A DNA stretch of 61,593 nucleotides, counting the filler. It is 8 parts of 8 records of this genome, joined end to end, with 100 filler letters (N's around TTAATTAATTAA, not from the genome) between each part and the next. Parts side by side here need not be neighbours in the genome. Positions count along the whole stretch, not along the records: positions 46,986 to 55,179 come from SRR31147125_127264; positions 55,280 to 61,593 come from SRR31147125_127312; 6 more parts are not named here. One strand, 5' to 3'. Shown here piece after piece: positions 46,886 through 57,261 of the stretch (its first letter is position 1; each line of letters begins with the position of its first letter). The notes beneath the pieces were generated by a model that saw nothing but the letters and a program-made list of their open reading frames with translations, was not told where the DNA came from and ran no database searches. A program made the translations under genes and the position numbers.

Positions 46886-46985
46886 NNNNNNNNNNNNNNN
46901 NNNNNNNNNNNNNNNNNNNNNNNNNNNNNTTAATTAATTAANNNNNNNNNNNNNNNNNNNNNNNNNNNNNNNNNNNNNNNNNNNN
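46886..46985. other. Artificial contig spacer
   Basis: N44-TTAATTAATTAA-N44. Confidence 0.98.
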
Positions 46986-47829
46986 TTTTGGAGCCGGTGA
47001 CGGTGTCGCCGATCTTGGTCTCATGGACCGACTTGATGGAGCAGATCACATAGCCCACCTGGCCCGAATCCAGGGACTTGAGCTTCTTGGCCTCCGGGGT
47101 GAACGTTCCCACCTCGGCCACTTCGTAGGCGCGCTCGGTGGCCATGAAATCCACCTTCATCCCCGCCTTTACGGAGCCGGAGAACACCCGTACGAGAACC
47201 ACAGCACCGCGGTAGGAATCGTACCAAGAGTCTACGATTAGCGCGCGCAGCCGTTCTTCGTCTTCATGGGGTGTGGGTGGAGGAAAGCGCTCTACAATGG
47301 CCTGGAGGAGCTCTGCCACGCCCTCACCGGTTTTGGCCGACACCGCAAGCGCACCGTCTATGTCCAGGCCCACCACCTCTTCGATTTGGGTCAAGGTGGC
47401 TTCTTTATCTACCCCGTTCACATCGATCTTGTTCATCACGGGGATGATTTCCAGGTCGTTTTCGATGGCCAGGTATGCGTTGGCCAGGGTCTGGGCCTGA
47501 ACCCCCTGAGTCGCGTCGACCAGAAGCACCGCTCCTTCGCAGGCCTGCAAGGAACGCTCGACCTCGTAGTTGAAGTCCACGTGCCCGGGGGTGTCGATGA
47601 GGTTCAGTGAGTAGGTTTGTCCGTCGGCGGCTGTGAATTCGATTCTCGCGGTTTGGGCCTTGATGGTGATGCCCCGCTCGCGCTCCAGGTCCATCTTGTC
47701 CAGATGCTGGGTCTTGAGCGCCCGCTGCTCCACCGCGCCCGTGAGCTCGAGGATTCTGTCTGCCAAGGTGGACTTCCCGTGATCGATGTGGGCTATGATG
47801 GAGAAGTTTCTGGTTTTGCTGATGTCCAC
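46986..47829 (-). CDS. lepA: Elongation factor 4, 3'-partial
   Basis: [51 protein letters not shown]. Confidence 0.97.
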
Positions 47830-48017
47830 TTCGAGACTCCTGGATTTCGAGGACCGTCCGGGCGGTGATTGTAGTCATAGTCCATAGGAACGCAACCGTT
47901 CAAGCGGCCAAGATGGGACCAGGACGAGAAAGTTCGACCAAATGGGTTGAAAGGTTCACTAATCTGCTATTCTTGTAAGATAATTCAACGTGGATGACCC
48001 ACTCGGGGAGGAGAGAT

Positions 48018-50310
48018 ATGAAGAAACTATTTTTGACGAGCGCAGCTTTGATCTTGTTTGCGGGCGGGTGCAGCAACAGCGGCTCCGCGGATTTCAGCGG
48101 TCCTGACGATACCGACACCACTGCCGGGCTTGGCCAAGGAGAAGACTGCTCCGGCGGGAGGCTTGCATGATGGGACTCGTTTGCGCGGCGGACGGTACGT
48201 GTCAGCCGGAGGGATACCCGGGAACGACCCCGGAAGGGGAGACTGCATGTCTTCGGCGTTTTGCCAGTACGGGCTGGTTTGCGCTTCGGATGGGACATGC
48301 CAGGAAGAGGGCGCCCCGGGAACCACGGGATTCGGAGGTTCCTGCGAGGAGGACGAAGACTGCATGCTCTTCCTCGAGTGTATAGACGGAGCCTGCTACG
48401 GGTTCCAGCCTCCTTACTGGACCGGCGGAACATGCGAGGACGAGTCCACTTACCCATCGGATTTCACCGCGTTCTTCGACGTGGATAGCTCCTCTCCCGA
48501 GTTTTACAGACTGCCGTTCCCCAACGACATCAGAATGTCCGGAGGCAAGATCGATCTGGACGGCCACGCCAATCCGGGGGTCCTTATCCCCGAGCTCGGC
48601 AATCCCGTGGACGACTATTTCGAGATGATCGAAAACGATCTGGACGGCTTCGGCACCCTGTCCTGCGCCTACTTCCGCTTCTCCAAATGGGTGGACGGGG
48701 ACACTCTCGACAACATGGAGAACCTCTACATCGTCAACATCGATCCCACTTCGGACGACTACGGCGAAAAGGCCTGGTCCGGATACCGGGGCAACTCCGC
48801 TCGTGGAAACTATATATGTCGCAACTGGCTCGCAGTATGCCCCAGCTTGGGACGACCTCTCGATCCTTCCACCAAGTATGCGGCGATCCTCACCACCGAC
48901 ATCAAAGACGATGACGGTAACGCCCTTCAGAGGGACGCTGACTTCGACGCGATCATGGGGTCCTCCCAGCCGTCGGATTCGGCCCTCACTTCCGCGTGGC
49001 AATCCTACGCACCACTACGAGACTACATTGCGGACCAAGGGGTAAACGCCTCTTCAATCGCGGTGGCCGCGGTATTCACCACCGGGGCAGTCAACGAGGC
49101 CATACCCAAGATGCGCGATGCTGTGAACGCCGAGGCTTCTCCCACGGTGACCGGCCTCAATACCGACACGTCTTCATCGGACTACACTCTGTACACTGGT
49201 GAGGTTTCCATTCCGTTCTTCCAGGACGGCACGCGCCCGTTCAAGACCGTGGCGGAAGGCGGCGCAATTCAATACGACTCCTTCGGCGCACCTGTCTGGG
49301 TTGAGGACGAGTACGTGAAATTCGCTTTGACGGTTCCCACCGGCACGGCTCCGGTAGATGGTTGGCCGGTAATCCTCTACGCCCACGGAACGGGTGGAAG
49401 CGAGCAGTCCCACGTAACCAACGGCGTTGCAGCTTTGATGGCCCAGGCCGGCGCAGCGGTTATCGGCATCGAGCAGGTGCAACACGGCGACAGGCGAGGG
49501 CTCTCCGGTAACGACGAGAACCTGGAGTCCAACTCTCCAGAGCGCCTTTTCTACAACTTCCTGAACCCATACGCGGCTCGGGACAACAACGTTCAGGCCG
49601 CCGCGGACTACTTCCAGCTGGTTCGATTCATCGATGATTTCGACTCAATTACGGGTCAGGCAGTGATTTTCGATGATGCGAATATCTTCTTCTACGGCCA
49701 TTCCCAGGGCAGCCAGGGACCTTTCCTTTTCGCCGCTCACTCTCTCGATGTCCGCGGAATCATCATCAGCGGCGCCGGGGGCTACCTCATTGAATCCTTC
49801 CTGGGGAAAAAGAACCCTGTGGACGTGGCGTCTTTAATGACCCTGGCCCTCATGGAATTCGACGTGGACAACGCTCACCCGCTTTTGAACCTCATCCAGG
49901 CGGGCTTTGATTCGGTGGATCCGGTCAACCACGCAAAGGCTGTGGCTCAAAGCACCTGGGCGCCTGATACGTATCCCCACCGACACGTCTTCATGTCCTA
50001 CGGTATCGGCGACACGTACACACCCAAGAAAACCGCCGAGGCTCTGGTGAAGACCCTGCGCTTGAAGCAATGGGCCGTGGCCGGCGAGGAGTTCGGGACG
50101 GGTGCGGTTGAGGAGATCACGAGTCTACCCCACACGGATACCTACTGGTGGGGAACAGATCACCTCACCGAGGTGGTGGTTCAGTACGAGCCCGACGGAT
50201 CCTACGACGGCCACTTCGTGATGACCGATCACCCGGACGCAATCACCCAGCAACAAGCTTTCGTGCAGACCATGATTTCCGACGGAACTCCCACGCTGGT
50301 TGAACCCTAG
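48018..50310 (+). CDS. Lipoprotein with Cys-rich repeats and an alpha/beta-hydrolase domain (two frameshifts near 48155 and 48238)
   Basis: GGAGGAG RBS; MKKLFLTSAALILFAGGC lipobox; repeated C..GLVCA.DGTCQ.EG.PGT; YAHGTGG, GHSQG nucleophile elbow, DGHF. Confidence 0.75.
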
Positions 50311-50312
50311 TT

Positions 50313-50377
50313 GTCATTCCCCGCGAGGGCGGGAACTCCTCAGGCACCAAATGGGTCCTCACTTCCGTGGGGATGAC
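50313..50377. repeat. REP-like imperfect palindrome (GTCATTCCC...GGGATGAC type)
   Basis: GTCATTCCCCGCGAGGGCGGGAAC...GTCCTCACTTCCGTGGGGATGAC, starting 2 nt after a stop codon. Confidence 0.55.
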
Positions 50378-50420
50378 GACAAAAATACTAAAGATTTCCG
50401 TTCGTCGACCGTATTGAGAC

Positions 50421-52223
50421 TTGAAAGAGAACTCAAAAATAAAGGTCGATATGAACGCTGAAGAGAAGAAGACCGTAGAGGTTGAAGTGAAGGATCTGGC
50501 CCAGATCACCGAGAAGATCGAGGACCAGCAGAAGGTTATCGGCCTTCTTTCAACCCAGCTGTCCCACATGGAGGACAAGGCAGCCCAGCTGGACAACATG
50601 GTTTTCCAGATGCGGGCCCTGCTGCAATCCGGCAAGGGGTTTTCCGAGATCATGAATCTGCCCAGCCTGCTGGACGCTTTTATGGCGGTCTGCCGGGAAC
50701 GCTATGCTTCCATCAACTCAGCGGTTCTTCTTCTCGACGATCTGGATCCGGACGACATTTTTTATCGGGTGCGCGGGTATTACGGTCTGAACGACACCTT
50801 CATCGACAAGGAGGGCGTCGAGGAGGAGATGTACCTGTTCAAGATCCCCCACGACATGGGTCTTCTCTGGCAGCTCATCCACCAAGGAGATGTGTTCGCG
50901 GTTCGGGACATGCGCAAGTTGCCACGCTTCGAAACAGCCTTCAAGCGCTGGAACCTGGGGGTGCTTCAGTCGGATGTCTGGGTACCGCTTATGCGAGGCT
51001 CCAGCGTGCTTGGCTTGCTCACATTGGGAGAGTGCGAGGACGGTTCCCAGATTCCCGAATCGGATTTCGCTTTCCTCGAGGAGATCGCTGCGGTGGCCGC
51101 CACCAACATTGATTCCACTCTCAAGTACGAGAAGAACGCCCGCATCTTGAGCAACCTGCGCACCCTGTACGATGTGAACCAGCAACTGGCCAATGTGAAC
51201 GACTTCAAACAGCTCACCATCGAGACTCTGGCCACGGCGGTGGACGCCCTGAAGGCCCAGAAGGCCAACTTGATGCTGTACAACCCCGAGACCGAGCGGC
51301 TTGAGATCAAGGTGGTCTGGGGCAATATTCCCGCGCCCACGCGGGACGCCATAAACGAGGGACGCTTGGACACCAAGTCCTTCGCCATAGGGGAGGGGGT
51401 TGCAGGCAAAGCCGCTCAGAACAAGCGCCCGGTGAGGGTGAACGACAGGACCAAAATCGAGCAGGTGGGACGCAACGTGGCGTACTGCATCCTGTCGGTT
51501 CCATTGATATACGGCGGAGAGGTGAAAGGGGTCATGACCCTCACCAACAAGGTGAAAGAGAGGGGGGACGGGACCGTTGTGATCGACACCCTCAGCCGTT
51601 TCGGGGAGGACGACGAGCAGCTTCTCCTGTCCCTGGCTGATCAGGCGGCCCAGAACCTGAACAAGGCGCGCCTGTACAACGCCTCGATCACCGATCGCCT
51701 TACTTCCTTGAACAACGCCAGGCACTTCGAGACTCGTTTCGGAGAGCTTGTGATAGAAGCCCACGACAAGGAAGAGCCCCTCGCGTTGGCTGTCACGGAT
51801 ATTGATCTTTTCAAGAAGTTCAACGACACGTACGGCCACAAGGCTGGGGACTATGTCCTTCGAGAAACCGCCAGACTTCTCTCGGACACCATACGCCAGG
51901 AGGGCAGGGACCAGTGCTATCGTTATGGCGGCGAGGAGTTTTGCGTGACCATGCCCGCCACCAAAAATGAGGTGGCCTTCGAGGTGATGGAGGCTTTCAG
52001 GAAAAGAGTTGAGAGCCACAAGTTCAAATACGAAGGACAGAGCCTCTCGGTGACCATCTCGGTGGGAGTCGCAAATCTCACCGATTTTGTCCATTCTGTG
52101 ACGTTGTTTGAAGCTGCGGACAAGGCCCTCTATACTTCCAAGAGCAACGGCAGGAACCTGGTGACCATCCGCACCCCCGAGGGCTCAGAGACTCCAGAAC
52201 TGCTGGAGAAGGCCGCCCCGTAA
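50421..52223 (+). CDS. Diguanylate cyclase (coiled coil-GAF-GAF-GGDEF)
   Basis: ITDRLTSLNN, DIDLFKKFNDTYGHKAGD, RYGGEEF, AADKALY.SK.NGRN; two GAF-like segments. The start may be the ATG at 50451. Confidence 0.92.
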   Translation: MKENSKIKVDMNAEEKKTVEVEVKDLAQITEKIEDQQKVIGLLSTQLSHMEDKAAQLDNMVFQMRALLQSGKGFSEIMNLPSLLDAFMAVCRERYASINSAVLLLDDLDPDDIFYRVRGYYGLNDTFIDKEGVEEEMYLFKIPHDMGLLWQLIHQGDVFAVRDMRKLPRFETAFKRWNLGVLQSDVWVPLMRGSSVLGLLTLGECEDGSQIPESDFAFLEEIAAVAATNIDSTLKYEKNARILSNLRTLYDVNQQLANVNDFKQLTIETLATAVDALKAQKANLMLYNPETERLEIKVVWGNIPAPTRDAINEGRLDTKSFAIGEGVAGKAAQNKRPVRVNDRTKIEQVGRNVAYCILSVPLIYGGEVKGVMTLTNKVKERGDGTVVIDTLSRFGEDDEQLLLSLADQAAQNLNKARLYNASITDRLTSLNNARHFETRFGELVIEAHDKEEPLALAVTDIDLFKKFNDTYGHKAGDYVLRETARLLSDTIRQEGRDQCYRYGGEEFCVTMPATKNEVAFEVMEAFRKRVESHKFKYEGQSLSVTISVGVANLTDFVHSVTLFEAADKALYTSKSNGRNLVTIRTPEGSETPELLEKAAP

Positions 52224-52272
52224 AAGAAAACCTACCTTTGCTCGGCCATCGATTCTGTGGCAAGAATCGATC

Positions 52273-53454
52273 ATGAGCTTCTTTACTAGAATCTACACCA
52301 ATCCTATCGGCATATTCATCTCGATATTCTTGCTCGTGGTCGCTTGCGATGAGGGTGACGTCACCGTGAGGATCCTCGCCTACGATCTTGCCGCCGACGA
52401 GTACGGCTTCAAGGATGTGACCATCACTACCCTCGATGATCTGGAGCGCATGGAAGGAAGCACCACCACGATGATAGGCGGGGCTGACATCGAGATCGAC
52501 TACGTGAAAGGTCAGATGAGCTGGAACGAGCCGGGTTACAAGGTTGCCTTCTCCGGCATAAAGTCGGGGGATGTGGTGATTCCGGAGGATTTCGATTCTC
52601 TCGCCATGGCCTCGGTCTACTACAACCTGGAGACGGCCACGTTGTTCTTCGAGCAGGTCGGCTTGCCCAACGGCACCTTGGTTCAGCTGGACACGTATTA
52701 CTGGCCCAAGGTGAATCTCATCGAAACCACAGGAGAGGAAACCGAGATGGTGGACAACGCGTTCTACCTCTATGTGAACTCCAGCGACCGGGGATTTTAC
52801 GTTTTCCCCTGGGAGGACTTCAGCTGGCTTCCGCTATCCATGAACCAGGGTGTAATGGCTCACGAGTTTACCCATGCCGTGTACGATGCAGTGGTCCACG
52901 ATCCCAACCGCAGCCTGGTTTCATCCGGGATGGAGGAACCTTCGTCAAACTTCCTTTATGGTCTCAACGAGGGATGCGCCGACTACATGGGATACGCGGT
53001 CACTGGTGATCCGGACTTCATGGAGCATTCAATAGAGAAAGATGTATTCATCGTTCAGTGCAATGACACAATGGTGAAGGACATCGTGCGTGATGTTTCC
53101 TTGAATCTGCCGTACACCAATGGTCTGGACGCCGGGGCCAGACAGAAGAAGACCGACGTCTTTTGTCCTTACGATATCGGAGCGTTCTTCGCGTCAATGC
53201 TCTACGCAATAGCAATCGAGACAGACAGCGAAGGAGCGGGAGGGCAGCCTTCCCAGGAGGCTCGTCTCAAAGTGGCCGAAGCGCTGATGGGTGCCATGAT
53301 GGCCCTTGGGCAGAACCTCACCTACGACTTCGAGCTGTGGGATATGATCAACCTGGTGGTGGCCCAGCTGGACCCGGCGGACAAGGACGGTGCCTGCACG
53401 GTTATCGAAGAGCGGTATGCGATGTATTACTCGGAAATAGGGGAGTGCTCATGA
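52273..53454 (+). CDS. Gluzincin-like metalloprotease lipoprotein
   Basis: LLVVAC lipobox, DNAFY, AHEFTH, GLNEGCADY (thermolysin-like third ligand). Confidence 0.7.
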   Translation: MSFFTRIYTNPIGIFISIFLLVVACDEGDVTVRILAYDLAADEYGFKDVTITTLDDLERMEGSTTTMIGGADIEIDYVKGQMSWNEPGYKVAFSGIKSGDVVIPEDFDSLAMASVYYNLETATLFFEQVGLPNGTLVQLDTYYWPKVNLIETTGEETEMVDNAFYLYVNSSDRGFYVFPWEDFSWLPLSMNQGVMAHEFTHAVYDAVVHDPNRSLVSSGMEEPSSNFLYGLNEGCADYMGYAVTGDPDFMEHSIEKDVFIVQCNDTMVKDIVRDVSLNLPYTNGLDAGARQKKTDVFCPYDIGAFFASMLYAIAIETDSEGAGGQPSQEARLKVAEALMGAMMALGQNLTYDFELWDMINLVVAQLDPADKDGACTVIEERYAMYYSEIGECS

Positions 53455-54203
53455 GAGTTTTCCTCGTATCTTTCTCGATACTTTTCGCCTCCCAAGCTTT
53501 TGCGGTCGAGGAAGATAATAAGCTCGATAAGCATGGGAACGAGTCGGTTTCACTGAATGATGACGCTGATGAACCTATTAAAAAAGAGAAGCCAGTTCGC
53601 TGGTTTACCGATTTCGGAGTGGCTTTTCGCGCAGGAGGCGGGATTCACAGCCGCGCTTTGAATGATCGCGACTACGACACGGGACACGCCATGGGGCCGG
53701 AGCTTCTTCTCAACATTGCGGAGATAAAGAAGAGGCACGGAATCATTCTTACCGCCGGTTTCATGGGTTTGGGCAGGAACACCTCCAAAGGAACCGCCGA
53801 AATATCCGTTAAGAGCGAGTACAGCCGTTTCGACGCGTCATTTGGATACGAATTCCGCTGGAAGCTCCTGGTAGCCGGAGCCAGGCTGGGCGCCGCGTTT
53901 ACCATGGTCAAGGTCACCACGAGCTACGGAGAACCAACCTGGGAGATCGTCGAAGTAGACGGTGAAAACGCACTCGAATATCACAGATCACAAAACCCGG
54001 AAGTACAAACCGAACGCGGACTGAGCACTGGTTTCCTGGCAGGCGCCGGAGTAGGTTTGGCCCTGGGCAAGTACATGTTCGACATCCCCGGACTGATAGA
54101 ACTCAGAGCCCAATCCGACTACGTGCGAAGAGGCACAAGAAACGAATGGCTGGTCTTCGGCAATCTCGTATTTTGGCCCACAAAGCTCTTCAAAAAGAAC
54201 TAA
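53451..54203 (+). CDS. Exported outer-membrane beta-barrel-like protein
   Basis: ATGA overlap with the upstream gene; signal peptide MRVFLVSFSILFASQAFA; amphipathic beta-strands. Confidence 0.6.
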   Translation: MRVFLVSFSILFASQAFAVEEDNKLDKHGNESVSLNDDADEPIKKEKPVRWFTDFGVAFRAGGGIHSRALNDRDYDTGHAMGPELLLNIAEIKKRHGIILTAGFMGLGRNTSKGTAEISVKSEYSRFDASFGYEFRWKLLVAGARLGAAFTMVKVTTSYGEPTWEIVEVDGENALEYHRSQNPEVQTERGLSTGFLAGAGVGLALGKYMFDIPGLIELRAQSDYVRRGTRNEWLVFGNLVFWPTKLFKKN

Positions 54204-54404
54204 AACCCCATTTTGCGAAAAAACCCATCCCTCAGCCCAGAAAACCAAAAGAAACCCGTAAAAACAACCCTTTAGATATAACGTACCCGTCTGGATGCTG
54301 GATCTAATACTTTACATAATATAGCTTCTACGCACTAACCCAAGTCCCACCTGTCCCTGGACCGTGAGTCCACCAGCGCCTAATTTCGATGCGTTTCACC
54401 AGCC

Positions 54405-54668
54405 CTAACGTATTGGATTGATTTTCGAAAGGAAGGTTTCATAAGGCATCGTGGAAATCACATTGTCTCCACCGCCACGGAAATAAAGAATTGTCCCTCC
54501 GTCCCCACGAGAATGAGCATATGTAACCATAGAAATGTTGACAGCTACGGACGCTCCTGAAGTGACTGGCAACAACATCCAGTTATTATGAATTTCTCCC
54601 TCTTTTGGTTGCGTTTCGGAGACCGACTCTCCATTGGAACCATGTTCTGTCGTCTTTTGAACTGACAC
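54405..54668 (-). CDS. Hypothetical protein
   Basis: 87-aa ORF with plausible composition; no family recognised. Confidence 0.35.
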   Translation of the reverse strand: MSVQKTTEHGSNGESVSETQPKEGEIHNNWMLLPVTSGASVAVNISMVTYAHSRGDGGTILYFRGGGDNVISTMPYETFLSKINPIR

Positions 54669-54823
54669 GGGAATACCCTCTCTAGCCCCAGGCTGATCAA
54701 TTGATCAGCGCGCTGTTTCATTGTCCATGAAAGATTAAGGTACCTCAATTCCAACCAGAGGCAAACGACAACTCCAACGAGATTTTCTCAATAGAAGCAA
54801 AGAAGCGGAGGCGACGCTGCAAA

Positions 54824-55179
54824 TTACTGGTGCGCCTTCTGCTGTCCATTGTCGGCAGAGACAGACTTTACCCCCCGAATGCATGGACCTACGATCGAGG
54901 CGGTGGCGTGGTTTCCCCAGGCTTGGCATTGTTTTTCGGTTTTTTCTGCTTCTACTATGACTCTTTTATTTCGGTAGGTTTCGATTTCCTGGTCCGAACG
55001 AATGCCCTTTTCGTGGGTTTCCAGAAGAACGCGTTCTCCTTCGTCGGTTACGATTACGACTCTCCCTACATACTTCGGCACACCGTCGGCCTTCTGTTTG
55101 ACGTTTAGCTCTTGGTACATACCGACAACCGAGGTCGTGGATTCTTCTTGGACGAGGGGAGCTTTTTGGGGGCCTTTTT
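54824..55179 (-). CDS. Hypothetical protein, 5'-partial
   Basis: Frame open to the contig edge; no family recognised. Confidence 0.4.
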
Positions 55180-55279
55180 NNNNNNNNNNNNNNNNNNNNN
55201 NNNNNNNNNNNNNNNNNNNNNNNTTAATTAATTAANNNNNNNNNNNNNNNNNNNNNNNNNNNNNNNNNNNNNNNNNNNN
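55180..55279. other. Artificial contig spacer
   Basis: N44-TTAATTAATTAA-N44. Confidence 0.98.
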
Positions 55280-56093
55280 ATCTGAATGTGGAACGGGATT
55301 TGTTCGGCGGATTATGCAGGATTGTGGGAGGTATTTATACTTCCAAATTTTGGATCCGTGATTATACCGGGGATGAGGTGCCGGGCAAGGAGGACCCGGA
55401 ATTTGACGAACGTACAGACGCCATACAGAATGAAACCTTGTTGCATTCTGATTATCTTGCCGGCAAGATAATCGGCTATGATGGGGGTGGAGCAATAGTT
55501 TGCAATTGGGATTTGCCTATGATACGCGTGATATGGAGACCAATCCGCGAAAAGGCATGTTTCATGATGTTTATTTTGTATGGTCAGACAAGGCAATGGG
55601 ATCGGATTTTGATTATACCATAACAACTATAAGTACCCGATATTATGTCCGTCCCTTGCCGAAATGGATTGACTTGATATTTGCTACGAGGCTTGCTTAT
55701 TCTATTAAAGGAGGAGATGTACCGGTTTTTATTATGAACTATCTGCCTTCGACTGACAAACACCAATATGGTCTTGGCGGCGAGACGTCATTGCGTGGAT
55801 ACCGTCAATCCCGGTTCCGCGGTCAACATGCGCTACTTGGTAACCTGGAGATGAGATATGTATTTACAGATTTCAAAGTGCGTGGTGAATTGATGGAACT
55901 CATGCTGGTGCCTTTTGTTGATTATGGTCGGGTATATGATGAGGTGAAAAAGACAACTCTGAAAGACATGAAAATGACTTATGGTACTGGTCTGCGTTTA
56001 AGTATGAACCAGGCTTTTACACTGTCTTTTGATTTTGGATTTAGTGAAGAAGAAAAAGGCGTTTTTTATATGTCATTTGGAACGATTTTTTAG
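55280..56093 (+). CDS. Omp85/BamA-TamA family outer-membrane protein C-terminus, 5'-partial, frameshifted near 55495
   Basis: AYDTRD.ETNPRKG, LGGETSLRGY, PFVDYGRV, YGTGLR, terminal IF. Confidence 0.85.
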
Positions 56094-56177
56094 TATAAAA
56101 ATAAAAAAGGTGTTTTGGTGAAATGGGAAAATGATTGTATACCATTAAAAATCTCTTTACCTGACTTGCGATTTTGC

Positions 56178-56206
56178 TTGCAATTCATATGGACATTCTC
56201 TATAAT
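56178..56206 (+). promoter_or_regulatory. Near-consensus sigma70 promoter upstream of the toxin-antitoxin pair
   Basis: TTGCAA-N17-TATAAT, with CATATG in the spacer. Confidence 0.7.
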
Positions 56207-56266
56207 TTAACATAAATAGAAAATACAAAAGGACATATGAGTCGAGAAGTTCATATGAATAATGTT

Positions 56267-56314
56267 AAAAAAAGCGTAAAAGTATTGGAATCAAAACTTT
56301 TACGCTTTTTTTTT
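56267..56314 (+). terminator. Terminator-like hairpin in the toxin 5' leader
   Basis: AAAAAAAGCGTAAAAGT-N12-ACTTTTACGCTTTTTTT(TT), a perfect 17-bp inverted repeat. Confidence 0.65.
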
Positions 56315-56388
56315 GCTAATCCAGACCTGCTTTTGAGTTGAGAACATGGGCAACTGGTTGCTGTCATAGATTTGGAGCGGGATTTCTT

Positions 56389-56796
56389 ATGACAATACAA
56401 AGAAAGAATAATTTAAAGTGGCATATTCTCTATTGTGATGCAAGCATGAATTTGTGCCCCATAACCGACTTTATCGAATCGTGTCAGAAAAAACATCAGA
56501 TAAAAATACTTCGATTTCTGGATTTGCTGGAGGAAATGGGGCCAACGTTGACGCGTCCTTATGCAGATATTTTAAGTGACGGAATCCACGAATTGCGCCT
56601 CACTTTATCCGGAGATCATGCCCGGTTTCTTTATTTCTTCTGCTTTGAAAAATATATCGTTCTCTATATAGCCTTCTGGAAGCATACTGATCGGGTTCCA
56701 AAGAAATTTATCAACAAGACCATACATTACCGGACTCAATTACTTGAGAAATGGAATCGAAACGAATGGGAGAAAATAATAAATGCAGGTATTTAG
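56389..56796 (+). CDS. RelE/ParE-superfamily (HigB/Gp49-like) toxin
   Basis: LLEEMGPTLTRPYAD...GIHELR...ARFLYFF...IVLYIAFWKHT..VP; GGAG RBS. Confidence 0.85.
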   Translation: MTIQRKNNLKWHILYCDASMNLCPITDFIESCQKKHQIKILRFLDLLEEMGPTLTRPYADILSDGIHELRLTLSGDHARFLYFFCFEKYIVLYIAFWKHTDRVPKKFINKTIHYRTQLLEKWNRNEWEKIINAGI

Positions 56797-57073
56797 AACC
56801 TATTTGAATTCGAAGCTTGATGATTCCGGATTTAAAAACGATTATTGTTGTCAATGCTCCATATGTCCCACGACGGTTGAGATTGTTGCACATATTGCAG
56901 AAACACGAGAACCCCTGGATAAAATAGCCGTACAATGTGGTGTGTCTGTTCACGATATAAAAGATCTTGAGCACGCTGATGACTGTTGTGTGGAATCCGT
57001 ACAGAAACTGTGTGACTATTTTTCTATCGCTCGTCCAAAGAATTGTCTCAAGCTGCAGGGGCTTGATCTTTAA
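56783..57073 (+). CDS. HigA-like HTH antitoxin, Cys-rich
   Basis: 14-nt overlap with the toxin; FRTYLNSKLDDSGF N-terminus, HTH-like LDKIAVQCGVSVHDIKDLE; 9 Cys in 96 aa. Confidence 0.65.
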   Translation: MQVFRTYLNSKLDDSGFKNDYCCQCSICPTTVEIVAHIAETREPLDKIAVQCGVSVHDIKDLEHADDCCVESVQKLCDYFSIARPKNCLKLQGLDL

Positions 57074-57261
57074 AAGGACTCTGAAACAGGTATTTTGCTT
57101 TCACTTTTCTCACTTGAAAGAAACCTCTCAGTACAAGATTAAAAAAACAGGGCCGAATGTTTTCAGGTAATCTGCTTTTCTCTTGTAGATGTCATGATTC
57201 CTGTTAGCAAAAGATTGTTTAAATTTTATTTTGTTTCAAATTTTATTAAAGGAGGTAGGAA

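Noticed and set aside
9999-55279. Seven TTAATTAATTAA palindromes inside N runs
   Set aside because: Identical synthetic spacers joining contigs. No gene linkage across them is meaningful.
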